64,000 nt of DNA from Candidatus Limnocylindrales bacterium. Lineage in GTDB: Bacteria; Chloroflexota; Limnocylindria; Limnocylindrales; CSP1-4. Below are positions 24,851-33,820 of this stretch, piece by piece. The position numbers were made by a program, and so were the translations under genes. The notes under the pieces are model-generated. The model saw nothing but the letters and a program-made list of their open reading frames with translations. It was not told the DNA's origin and ran no database searches. The stretch is taken from assembly GCA_036555445.1 (NCBI GenBank), contig DATBLH010000011.1, forward strand, positions 30,528-94,527, given 5' to 3'. Position 1 is the first letter of the stretch. Every line of letters starts with the position of its first letter.

Positions 24851-25833
24851 GGGGCGATCACGTCCTCCTCGAGGTAACGGCTGAAGCTGGCTCCGGTGAT
24901 GCGTTCGTAGGCCGCGACATAGCGCTCCCGCGTCCCGCGGACGACGTCATCCGGCAGCTCCGGGCCAGGTGGTGTCTTCGTCCAATCCGTTGCTTCGAGC
25001 CAGTCCCGCACGAACTGCTTGTCGTACGACGGCTGGGGGCCACCGGGTGCCCACGTCGACGCATCCCAGAAGCGCGAAGAGTCGGGTGTCAGGAGCTCAT
25101 CCACGAGGACGAGATCGTGCGGACCGGGCCAGACACCGAACTCGAACTTGGTATCGGCGAGGAGGATCCCCGCAGCCTCGCAGCGCTCGGCGGCGAACGC
25201 ATACAGGGCGAGCGAGCGGTCGCGAACGCGTTCGGCCAGGTCGCTCCCCACCATCCGCTCCACGCGTGCGAAGTCGATGGGCTCGTCGTGGTCGCCGAGG
25301 TCGGCCTTCGTGGACGGCGTGAACATCGGGGCCGGGAGCCGGTCGCCCTCGCGCAGCCCGGCCGGCAGCCGGAGGCCGGAGATGGAACCCGTGCGCTGGT
25401 AGTCCTTCCAGCCCGAACCGGCCAGGTAGCCACGGACGACGCACTCGATGGGCAAGACATCGGCGCGCTGGCAGACCATGACCCGGCCACGCAGGTCGTC
25501 CAGGTCCAGCGGTCGATCGACGGTGAGGACCCCGTCTTCACGCTCGTCGTCCGACCATGCCGTCCGCGCTGCATCCCGGGCCACCGGGAGGTCGGCGGGG
25601 TCGATCGGCGAGACGTCCGTCGCGAGCAGGTGATTGGCGACGATCGTCGACGTCGCAACGAACCAGAACCGCGACAGCCCGGTCAGGACCCGCCCCTTGT
25701 CCGGGATCGGGGTGGGCAGCACGACGTCGAATGCCGACAGCCGGTCGGATGCCACGATGAGCAGCCGGTCCGGGCCGACCATGTACAGGTCGCGGACCTT
25801 GCCCGAGCGGAGAAAGGCGTCAGCCAGCGGCAC
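24847..25833 (-). CDS. purC: SAICAR synthetase (GTG start)
   Basis: ORF trimmed to the GTG at 25833, which has an AGGAGG 6 nt upstream. Product (V)PLADAFLRSGKVRDLYMVG...SDRLSAFD. It overlaps the purB 3' end by 14 nt. Confidence 0.85.
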   Translation of the reverse strand: MPLADAFLRSGKVRDLYMVGPDRLLIVASDRLSAFDVVLPTPIPDKGRVLTGLSRFWFVATSTIVANHLLATDVSPIDPADLPVARDAARTAWSDDEREDGVLTVDRPLDLDDLRGRVMVCQRADVLPIECVVRGYLAGSGWKDYQRTGSISGLRLPAGLREGDRLPAPMFTPSTKADLGDHDEPIDFARVERMVGSDLAERVRDRSLALYAFAAERCEAAGILLADTKFEFGVWPGPHDLVLVDELLTPDSSRFWDASTWAPGGPQPSYDKQFVRDWLEATDWTKTPPGPELPDDVVRGTRERYVAAYERITGASFSRYLEEDVIAP

Positions 25834-27166
25834 TGACGGCCTCCTTCGGTCGGCTGCGAAGCTCGGTTTCCAGGTCGTCGAGCCGCGCCAGGATCTCGGG
25901 GACATGTCGCAGGAACGCTGCGTCCTGGAAGCAGCCATCGAGCGCGGCCAGAGGCAGGTTGCGAGCGACGGCGGGCTCGATGGCCAGCAGCTCACGCAGC
26001 GGTCTTCGTTCGTCGGCCGCCCGGAGCGAGGCTCGCTGCACGAGCTGATACGCCTCCTCTCGGGGGATCCCACCCTGCTCGATCAGGGCCGAGAGGACCC
26101 GGCTGCTGGCGTGGAGCCCGAGGCCGCGCTCGATGTTCTCGCGCATCCGCTCCCGATCGACGTGGAGGCCCTCGATCAGGCCCGCCGTCTTCACCAGCAG
26201 ATAGTCGATCAGGATCGTGGCGTCGGGCAGGAGGATCCGTTCCGCGGAGCTGTGGCTGATGTCGCGCTCGTGCCACAACGGCTGGTTCTCGAGCGCCGCA
26301 TGCGCATAGCCACGCAGCACGCGGGCCAGCCCGGCGATCCGCTCGGACAGGATCGGGTTGCGCTTGTGGGGCATCGCCGAGGAGCCCTTCTGCCCGGCTC
26401 GGAACGGCTCCCGGAGCTCACCGATCTCCGTGTGCTGGAGGTTGCGGATCTCGGTCGCGAAGCGCTCCAGCGAGCCGCCCAGGATCGCAATCGCGGCCAG
26501 GAACGCCGCGTGCCGGTCGCGCTGGACGATCTGGGTCGAGATCGGGTCGGCACGCAGGCCGAGGGCGGCGAGGACCTCCGCCTCGACGTCCGGCTCGAGA
26601 TGGCTGTACGTGCCCACCGGCCCGGAGATCTTGCCGGTGGCGACCTCGTCCGCGGCGGCGGCCAGCCGCGCCCGTCCGCGCGCCACCTCGAACGCCCAGC
26701 CGGCGAGCTTCACGCCGAGCGTGGTGGGCTCGGCGTGGACCGAGTGGGTGCGGCCCATCATCACCGTGTCCGCCTCGGCTCTCGCGCGGGCGATCAGAAC
26801 CCCAAGGAGACGGTCGCAGTCCCGGAGCAGGATGCGAGCTGCATCCCGCAGCTGGAGCGCAAGTCCGGTGTCGACGACGTCGCTGCTCGTCAGCCCCAGG
26901 TGGAGGAATCGACCGTCGGGCCCCACCGTCTCGGCAACCTGGCTGACGAATGCGATGACGTCGTGGTCCGTCGTCCGCTCGATTTCCGAGATCCGGTCCA
27001 CGTCGATCCGGGCATTCCCCTCGATCGCCGCCAGCGCCTCGGCCGGCACCGCGCCACGCGCGACCTGCGCCCGGGTGACCGCGACCTCCACCCGAAGCAT
27101 GGCCTCGAAGCGGGCCGCGTCCGTCCACACGGCGCCCATCTCCGGGAGCGTGTAGCGGCGGATCAT
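25820..27166 (-). CDS. purB: adenylosuccinate lyase
   Basis: 448 aa: MIRRYTLPEMGAVWTD...SSAMPHKRNP. Confidence 0.95.
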   Translation of the reverse strand: MIRRYTLPEMGAVWTDAARFEAMLRVEVAVTRAQVARGAVPAEALAAIEGNARIDVDRISEIERTTDHDVIAFVSQVAETVGPDGRFLHLGLTSSDVVDTGLALQLRDAARILLRDCDRLLGVLIARARAEADTVMMGRTHSVHAEPTTLGVKLAGWAFEVARGRARLAAAADEVATGKISGPVGTYSHLEPDVEAEVLAALGLRADPISTQIVQRDRHAAFLAAIAILGGSLERFATEIRNLQHTEIGELREPFRAGQKGSSAMPHKRNPILSERIAGLARVLRGYAHAALENQPLWHERDISHSSAERILLPDATILIDYLLVKTAGLIEGLHVDRERMRENIERGLGLHASSRVLSALIEQGGIPREEAYQLVQRASLRAADERRPLRELLAIEPAVARNLPLAALDGCFQDAAFLRHVPEILARLDDLETELRSRPKEAVSAAG

Positions 27167-27179
27167 CGGCTCAGCTCCG

Positions 27180-28508
27180 TCATCGACTCACGCCGATCGC
27201 GGTCGCCCCGGCAGCGATGTCGTGCCGGCGCTGGAGCCCCGGCCAGCCGATCGAGTCGGCGGCCCGCTCGGCCACACCCCTGGCGGCATCGAGGTCCGAT
27301 CCGCGCCCGACGACCGTGAGGACGCGGCCACCGGCGGTACGGAAGCGGCCGTCCGGATCGCGCTCACTGGCTCCGTGGAAGACGAGGGCACCGTGCGTCC
27401 TGGCCCGGTCGAGTCCCTGGATCACGTCGCCCGGGTGGGGGTCGGCCGGATAGCCGTCGGTGGCGAGGACGATCCCGACGGTGGCCTCCCGGGTCGTCGG
27501 CAGGACACCCGAGTCGATGCCCAGCGGACGGATCGCGGCGGCGAGCTCGCCTCGGGCGGCGGCCAGCAGCAGCGGGCCGAGCGCCACACCCAGCCGGCTG
27601 ACCTGGACCTGTGCCTCGGGATCGCCGAAGCGGGCATTGCACTCGAGCAGCGCCGGACCGCTCGACGTCAGCATCAGCCCCGCGTAGAGCGCGCCCCGGA
27701 ACGGTATCCCGCGACGGGCGAGCTCGGCGAGGATCGGGCGGTGGATGGCATCCAGGAGCGCCGGAACGGCCTCGTCGGGGAGATCCGGCAGCGGGCTGTA
27801 GGCACCCATGCCACCGGTATTCGGCCCGGCGTCCCCGTCGCGCAGTCGCTTGTGGTCGCGGGCCGGCGAGAACGCGACGGCATCGTGACCGTCGGCGATC
27901 GCGATCAGGCTGGCCTCGCGGCCAACGAGCCGCTCCTCGACCACGACTCGCGAGCCGAGCTCGGCAAACAGGGTGCCCAGGGCATCCGCCGCCTGCTCGG
28001 CGTCCCCGCACACCGTGACACCCTTGCCGCCGGCCAGGCCATCCGCCTTGACCACGACGCCCGTCGATCCCGCCTTGGAGAGCAGCTCCCGCGCGAACGC
28101 CAGGGCCGGTGCGAATTCGTCGAACACGTCCGCCGTCGCCATCCGAACACCCGCCGCTCCCGCGACCTCGTGGCAGAAGGACTTCGAGGTTTCGATCCGC
28201 GCCGCCGCGACGCCGGGCCCGAAGACCGGCACGCCGGCATCGCGCAACGCATCCGCGACCCCGAGCGCGAGCGGTGCCTCCGGACCGATCACCGCGAGCT
28301 CGACGGCCTCTTCGCGTGCGAGCGCGGTCAGGCCATCGATGTCGAGCACGTCCGCGTTGGGGACGGTTCGGACCCGTGGCTCGTCCGAGATCGCGGCGCT
28401 CCCCGGGGCGACCACGACGCGGTTCACGCCCGGCTCCCGCGCCAGCTTCCAGACCAGGGCGTGCTCGCGGGCCCCCTGGCCGACGAGGAGGATTCGCGTC
28501 GGCGTCAT
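27180..28508 (-). CDS. purD: phosphoribosylamine--glycine ligase
   Basis: ORF trimmed to MTPTRILLVGQGAREHALVWKL... (442 aa). ATGA overlap with the purA stop. Confidence 0.9.
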   Translation of the reverse strand: MTPTRILLVGQGAREHALVWKLAREPGVNRVVVAPGSAAISDEPRVRTVPNADVLDIDGLTALAREEAVELAVIGPEAPLALGVADALRDAGVPVFGPGVAAARIETSKSFCHEVAGAAGVRMATADVFDEFAPALAFARELLSKAGSTGVVVKADGLAGGKGVTVCGDAEQAADALGTLFAELGSRVVVEERLVGREASLIAIADGHDAVAFSPARDHKRLRDGDAGPNTGGMGAYSPLPDLPDEAVPALLDAIHRPILAELARRGIPFRGALYAGLMLTSSGPALLECNARFGDPEAQVQVSRLGVALGPLLLAAARGELAAAIRPLGIDSGVLPTTREATVGIVLATDGYPADPHPGDVIQGLDRARTHGALVFHGASERDPDGRFRTAGGRVLTVVGRGSDLDAARGVAERAADSIGWPGLQRRHDIAAGATAIGVSR

Positions 28509-29815
28509 GCCGGGATCACCGTCCGGTGCCGCATCGGACGCCATGCCCGTTCGATCGTCTGGGTCCGCTCGGGGCCGACCGACAGGAGCACGATCGGGAC
28601 GCCCGCCTGGTCCTCGAGCGCGGCCACGTAGCGACGCGCGTTCTCGGGCAGGTCGGCCATCGCGCGCACGCCGTGGAGCGCGTCCGGCCAGCCGTCGAAC
28701 TCCTCGTACACGGGGACTGCCCGCTCGAGGACGGCCGCCGAGGACGGCCAGGCCTCGATCCGACGGCCGTCGACGTCGTATGCCGTGGCGAGGCGGATCC
28801 GCTCGATCCCGGACAGGATGTCGAGCTTGTTGAGCATGATCGACGACACCGAGTTCACCGCCACCGCGAAGCGGAGCGGCACCGTGTCGAACCAGCCGAC
28901 CCGCCGTCGTCGACCCGTGGTCGTGCCCACCTCGCGCCCGCGTTCGGCAATGCCGTCTCCGGTGGCGTCGGTCAGCTCGGTGGGGAACGGGCCGGATCCC
29001 ACCCGCGTGGCATAGGCCTTCATGACGCCCATGACTTCGTCCACCTGGAGCGGGCCGATTCCGCCGCCGGTGCACGCTCCGCCGGCAACCGGCGAGGACG
29101 AGGTCACGAATGGATAGCTCCCGTGATCGATGTCGAGGAGCGTCCCCTGGGCGCCTTCGAGGAGGACGTGGTCGCCACGTCGCAGCGCCTCCTGAACCAG
29201 CCACGTCGTGTCCGCGAGGTGCGGCCTGAGGCGCTCACCCCAGCGGGCTAGCTGGTCGACGAGCTCGTCCACGGAGAAGGCACGCTGTCCGTCGTGAGTC
29301 GCGAGCTGGCGGTTCTTGTCGGGGAGGACGCGCTCGAGTTTCACCCGCGCGGCATGGGCGTCGAGGAGATCCTCCATCCGGAGACCGATCCGTGACGCCC
29401 GGTCCGCATAGGTGGGGCCGATTCCCCGCCCGGTCGTGCCGACCTTGGCGCCGGCGAGGCGCTCCTCGAGCGCGCGGTCCAGGGCGACGTGGTAGGGCAT
29501 GATCACGTGCGCCGCGCGGCTGACCCGCACCCGGTCGCACTCGATTCCCCGCTCCTTGAGCGTGTCCAGCTCGTGGATGAGGGTGGCCGGGTTGACGACG
29601 ACACCCGGGCCGATCACCGATGTGATGTGCGGGTACAGCACGCCCGATGGGACGAGGTGGAGCTTGAACACCTCGTCGCCGCGGACCACGGTATGACCGG
29701 CGTTGTCGCCGCCCTGGTAGCGGACGACCATCGCGACCTGCTCGGCGAGGAAGTCTGTGGTCTTGCCCTTGCCCTCGTCGCCCCACTGGAGGCCGACGAT
29801 GACGGTCGCGGGCAT
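28505..29815 (-). CDS. purA: adenylosuccinate synthetase
   Basis: ORF trimmed to MPATVIVGLQWGDEGKGKTTD... (436 aa). Confidence 0.9.
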   Translation of the reverse strand: MPATVIVGLQWGDEGKGKTTDFLAEQVAMVVRYQGGDNAGHTVVRGDEVFKLHLVPSGVLYPHITSVIGPGVVVNPATLIHELDTLKERGIECDRVRVSRAAHVIMPYHVALDRALEERLAGAKVGTTGRGIGPTYADRASRIGLRMEDLLDAHAARVKLERVLPDKNRQLATHDGQRAFSVDELVDQLARWGERLRPHLADTTWLVQEALRRGDHVLLEGAQGTLLDIDHGSYPFVTSSSPVAGGACTGGGIGPLQVDEVMGVMKAYATRVGSGPFPTELTDATGDGIAERGREVGTTTGRRRRVGWFDTVPLRFAVAVNSVSSIMLNKLDILSGIERIRLATAYDVDGRRIEAWPSSAAVLERAVPVYEEFDGWPDALHGVRAMADLPENARRYVAALEDQAGVPIVLLSVGPERTQTIERAWRPMRHRTVIPA

Positions 29816-29840
29816 CAGCGCGCCACCGCCCATCCGCCAC

Positions 29841-29874
29841 ACCCGCGCCGATCAAATGAAAAGGCCCCGGAGGC
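29841..29874 (-). terminator. leader stem-loop plus T-tract (ggtcccgga-agcc-tccggggcc then TTTTCATTT) about 30-60 nt upstream of the purA start; candidate attenuator
   Basis: Read on the minus strand: a 9-bp GC stem with one mismatch, a 4-nt loop, then TTTTCATTTGATC. It lies between a -10-like TATACT (30025-30030) and the purA ATG. Confidence 0.35.
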
Positions 29875-30024
29875 TTCCGGGACCTGGATACATGTCTCCC
29901 GCGATGCTCCGCCGCCGAACCGGCGGCCCCGTCGATCCGGGGTCGCCCGCCTCACGGGACGGCCGATGCCCCTCGCTCGAGCGATCGCAGACCTCCTGCT
30001 GGGAGCCGCTGGGACGACTCTCGA

Positions 30025-30030
30025 GGACGC
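30025..30030 (-). promoter_or_regulatory. -10-like hexamer TATACT in the purA leader
   Basis: Minus-strand ctggTATACTcgcgg, about 210 nt upstream of purA. This is the only AT-rich hexamer in that interval. Confidence 0.2.
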
Positions 30031-30146
30031 CGCGAGTATACCAGCGGGGCCGGAGACGATTCGGCGGCCCTCGACCAGCGGAGCGGGCTGGCGGCGGCGC
30101 CGGAGGGAGGACGGCGCCGCCGGTTGGCGGGAGGACGGCTTCGGTG

Positions 30147-30614
30147 TCAGGCGGCGTCTGCCTCCTCGTCATCCTCGACGATCGGCTCGTCGGCGGGCAC
30201 CAGTGGCTCGGCTTCGCCGTCGCCCACGAACGACTCCTCGCCCAGGGCGCCCGCCTGGTGCTCGAGGGCATCCGCCGCGCGCTCCGCCTCATAGTCCTTC
30301 TTCTTGCGCCCGGACAGCATCTCGAGGTGGTTGGCCACGATCTCCGTTCGCCAGTGGCGCTTTCCCTGGTCGTCGTCCCAGGTCCGCGTCTGGATCCGCC
30401 CCTCGATGGCCACCTGCTGGCCCTTGCCGAGGTAGCGGCCACAGGTTTCCGCGAGCCGGTCCCAGGTGACGACGTTGTGGAACTCGGCGCGCTCCTTGCC
30501 GTTGCCCGCGTACTCGTTCGTGGCAACCCCGAAGGTCGTCACCGACTTTCCGCTGGCGAGACTCCGCATCTCCGGGTCGCGGGTCAGGCGCCCGGTCAAC
30601 AGGACCTTGTTCAC
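30147..30614 (-). CDS. ssb: single-stranded DNA-binding protein (GTG start)
   Basis: ORF trimmed to the GTG, which sits 7 nt after AGGAGA. Product (V)NKVLLTGRLTRDPEMRSLASGKSV...EFHNVVTWDRLAE (OB fold). Acidic tail ...PIVEDDEEADAA. Confidence 0.85.
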   Translation of the reverse strand: MNKVLLTGRLTRDPEMRSLASGKSVTTFGVATNEYAGNGKERAEFHNVVTWDRLAETCGRYLGKGQQVAIEGRIQTRTWDDDQGKRHWRTEIVANHLEMLSGRKKKDYEAERAADALEHQAGALGEESFVGDGEAEPLVPADEPIVEDDEEADAA

Positions 30615-30890
30615 GGTCCGATCTCCTTCTCGGTCGGCCGGTGGCACCGGTTCCCGACCCTGTGTCTGGCGGCGGGCGGCGCGTCACCCGACCCAAGGGC
30701 CGGGATGGCGGACGAGGAGCCGGCCCCGTCGGCGGTGCGGGCCGAGTGGACGACGGTATCGGCGGCAGTCGGCGGGGCCGGCGAAGGTGGCGGGCAACGG
30801 GAACGTAGCAGGCCGGCCTTCATCGCCGGTCGACGGCGACTTGGCTGGGAATTCACGAGCACCACCGGCCAGCGGGGGCCCGGTGCGGGA

Positions 30891-32561
30891 TCAGCCGGCG
30901 GCTGCCTCGCGGCGGCGACGCACCGGCGGGTCCGCCAGGCCGGGCATCGGATCCGGCCCGGCGGCGATGCTCTTGGGAGCGCGTCGCCGGCGGCGACTCC
31001 CGGTCGGCAGCTCGCCGCTCACGGTCTCGACGCCACCCGAACCGGCAACGGGCTCGGTCGCGCTCGAGGTCATCGCGAGAACGGTCGGATCGGGCTCGGG
31101 ACGCGACATGGCGAACAGGTCGCAGAACAGGTCGACGAGCTCCGGGTCGAACTGCGTGCCGGCGTGCCGGCGCAACTCCGAGACGGCCTGGTCGTGCGTC
31201 ATCGCCCGCTTGTAGGGCCGGTCGTTGACCATCGCGTCGTAGGCGTCGGCGATGGCGACGATGCGGGCACCCAGCGGGATGTCCTTGCCCCGGAGCCCGA
31301 ACGGATATCCGTGGCCGGCGAACCGCTCGTGGTGGTGGAGGATGATCGGCGCGGCATCCTTGAGCGCGGCCGCCTGGTCGAGGATCACCTGTCCGATCCG
31401 GGGATGCTGCACCACCGTCCGCCACTCGGCCGAACTGAGGGCGGCCGGCTTCTCCAGGATGTCGTCCGGGACGGCGACCTTGCCCACGTCGTGGAGAAGC
31501 GCCGCGATCCGCAGCCGGTCGATCTCGGTCGGGGTGAGGGCGAGGTGACGGGCGATCGTGACCACGATCGTGGCGATCAGAGCGGACGGCTGACCGCGGT
31601 AGTGGGGTAGCGGTGCGACCACGGATGCGAGCGCGGCCGTGGCGGCGTCACGCGCCTGGCGCCCGACGTCGATCGCCCGTGCCCGGCCGGCGGCGGAGAT
31701 CGGGGCACGCGGGATGCGCGCGTCCTCGTCCGGCTCGGTGAACACGTAGGTCTGGTTTCGGCCGAGCGACTTCGCGGAGTACATCGCGGCGTCAGCGTCG
31801 CGGACCAGCGCCTCGACCCGCAGGTTGCGGCCCTGCCCACCGGCGATGCCGATCGAGATCGTGACCGATAGCTGGGCGTTGCCGTCGACGGCAAACGTGA
31901 GCTGGCTGACCAGCGTCCGCAGCTTCTCGGTGAGCACCGACCCGTCCTCGGTACCGGTCTCGGTGAGGACGAGCATGAACTCCTCGCCGCCGTAGCGGCC
32001 GATCATGTCGGTCTGGCGCAGGTTGCCGCGGATGGCCTGGGCGACACCGCGGAGGACGACGTCCCCGGCGGCATGTCCGTAGGTGTCGTTGACGGCCTTG
32101 AAGTGGTCGATGTCGACGAACGCGACCGACAGCGGCCGGTCGTAGCGGTTGGCTCGCTCGACCTCGGTGATCAGCGTGTCGAGGAGGGCGGCCCGGTTGG
32201 CGACGCCGGTCAGGCGGTCGACGGTGGCGGCCTCGCGGGTCTCGTCGACGGCGACCGACATCCGGGCGACCGCGCGAGCGAGGCGGGCCTCGGGACCCGA
32301 GCGGTAGACCGGCACGCTGACCCCGTCCTCGCCATCGGCGATCCGTTCCGCGGCACCCGCCAGCCGGCGAAGCCGGAATCCGTGCATGGCCCCGGTGACG
32401 ACCGCGGCCATCCACGCGACGGCGACCGCCGCACCGGCCAGCATGAGCACGGATTCGCCGAACGGCCCGAGGGCGGAACTGACCGCGCTGGGTGCCAACA
32501 GGGGGATGACGGCGAGCGCGACCGGAACGAGGACAGCGAGGCCCCCGACGAAACGGAACAT
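30891..32561 (-). CDS. membrane-anchored GGDEF diguanylate cyclase fused to an HD-GYP phosphodiesterase domain
   Basis: ORF 30891..34043 trimmed to MFRFVGGLAV (556 aa). Two N-terminal TM helices. GGDEF motif RYGGEEF. HD-GYP motif HHHERFAGHGYPFGL. Confidence 0.85.
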   Translation of the reverse strand: MFRFVGGLAVLVPVALAVIPLLAPSAVSSALGPFGESVLMLAGAAVAVAWMAAVVTGAMHGFRLRRLAGAAERIADGEDGVSVPVYRSGPEARLARAVARMSVAVDETREAATVDRLTGVANRAALLDTLITEVERANRYDRPLSVAFVDIDHFKAVNDTYGHAAGDVVLRGVAQAIRGNLRQTDMIGRYGGEEFMLVLTETGTEDGSVLTEKLRTLVSQLTFAVDGNAQLSVTISIGIAGGQGRNLRVEALVRDADAAMYSAKSLGRNQTYVFTEPDEDARIPRAPISAAGRARAIDVGRQARDAATAALASVVAPLPHYRGQPSALIATIVVTIARHLALTPTEIDRLRIAALLHDVGKVAVPDDILEKPAALSSAEWRTVVQHPRIGQVILDQAAALKDAAPIILHHHERFAGHGYPFGLRGKDIPLGARIVAIADAYDAMVNDRPYKRAMTHDQAVSELRRHAGTQFDPELVDLFCDLFAMSRPEPDPTVLAMTSSATEPVAGSGGVETVSGELPTGSRRRRRAPKSIAAGPDPMPGLADPPVRRRREAAAG

Positions 32562-32680
32562 CGATTGCAGGCTACCCAGCCGGTGGCCCGATTCGGCCTG
32601 CACCGGAGGTACCCGTCGCCCACCGCCAGAGGTCCGGGAGTTGCGACCAGGCACCGGCCGGGCACGGGCTGAAGCCCGGG

Positions 32681-33820
32681 CTACACGGGCCGTCCAACCT
32701 CGAAGAACGCCCCGGCGAGGATCACGTACACGATCATCAGCAGCGCGCCTTCGAGCCAGTTCGACTCCCCGTCGAGCGCGATCAGGGCACTGATCCCGAC
32801 CGCGGCGCCGACGGCGGCCACCTCGAGCGGCGTGAACACGAGGTCCATTGGCTGACCGATCACGAGCCCGGCCAGGACCAGGAGCGGCGCGACGAACAGC
32901 GCCACCTGGAGCGACGACCCGTAGCACACGGCCATCGCGAACTCCATCCGGTTCTTGACCGCAAGCTGGACGGCCACCAGGTGCTCCGCAAGATTGCCGA
33001 TCGTGGGGATGACGACGACGCCGACGAAGAACGCCGACAGGTGGACCGACTCGATGAACGGGTCGATCGCGCCCACGAGGATCTCCGAGCTCACCGCCAG
33101 CAGCCCGGCTGCCGCGAGGAGGACGGCGACCGCCGTCCGCGTCGTCCAGTTGGGGCCGCCATGACCAGCCGCCGGCTCGTGGGCCCCGAGGGTTCGCCCC
33201 GGATTCGTGAACTGGTAGATCAGCGACAGGACGTAGCCGCCGATCAGGAGCACCGAGATGATCACGGACTCCTCCCGGAGGGTTCCCTCCGCCCGCGACC
33301 CGGAGGCTGCGAATACGGCCGGGATGACCAGCGCGATCGCGGCCGTGACGAGGAGGGCGGCATTGGAGCCGGCGACCCGCTGATCGAAGGACTGCGTCCC
33401 GTGCCGGATGCCACCGAGGAAGACGCTCGCTCCGAGGACGAGCAGCAGGTTCCCGATGATCGAGCCGGTGAGCGACGCCTTGACGACCTCGATCAGGCCG
33501 GCCTGGAGGGCGAAGAACGCGATGATCAGCTCGGCCACGTTGCCGAACGTCGCGTTGAGGATGCCGCCCACCTGGGGACCGGTCAGCGCGCCCAGCCGCT
33601 CCGTCGCCAGGCCGACGATCCACGCCAGGCCCAGGATCGCGAGCCCGGAGACGACGAACACGACGGCCTTGTCCCCGAAGTGGACGATGAACTCGAGGGC
33701 GATGGCGGCGAGCGTGAGCGCCAGCGTCGCGAGGGCGAATCCACGACCCATCGGCGAGAGGACGCCGAGGACCGGGACGCCGGACGTGGCGCGCGTCTCC
33801 GGCATCGCAGGCATCGTCAT
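32681..33820 (-). CDS. Ca2+/H+ (CaCA/ChaA-type) cation antiporter
   Basis: ORF trimmed to MTMPAMPETR (379 aa). Alpha-repeat motifs GNVAELIIAFFAL and GNLAEHLVAV. ATGA overlap with the rsmI stop. Confidence 0.8.
   Translation of the reverse strand: MTMPAMPETRATSGVPVLGVLSPMGRGFALATLALTLAAIALEFIVHFGDKAVVFVVSGLAILGLAWIVGLATERLGALTGPQVGGILNATFGNVAELIIAFFALQAGLIEVVKASLTGSIIGNLLLVLGASVFLGGIRHGTQSFDQRVAGSNAALLVTAAIALVIPAVFAASGSRAEGTLREESVIISVLLIGGYVLSLIYQFTNPGRTLGAHEPAAGHGGPNWTTRTAVAVLLAAAGLLAVSSEILVGAIDPFIESVHLSAFFVGVVVIPTIGNLAEHLVAVQLAVKNRMEFAMAVCYGSSLQVALFVAPLLVLAGLVIGQPMDLVFTPLEVAAVGAAVGISALIALDGESNWLEGALLMIVYVILAGAFFEVGRPV

Noticed and set aside
29816-30146. Purine or ZTP riboswitch call for the purA leader
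   Set aside because: The hairpin and T-tract are present, but I could not match aptamer consensus sequences by eye. It is reported as a finding and a generic attenuator feature only.
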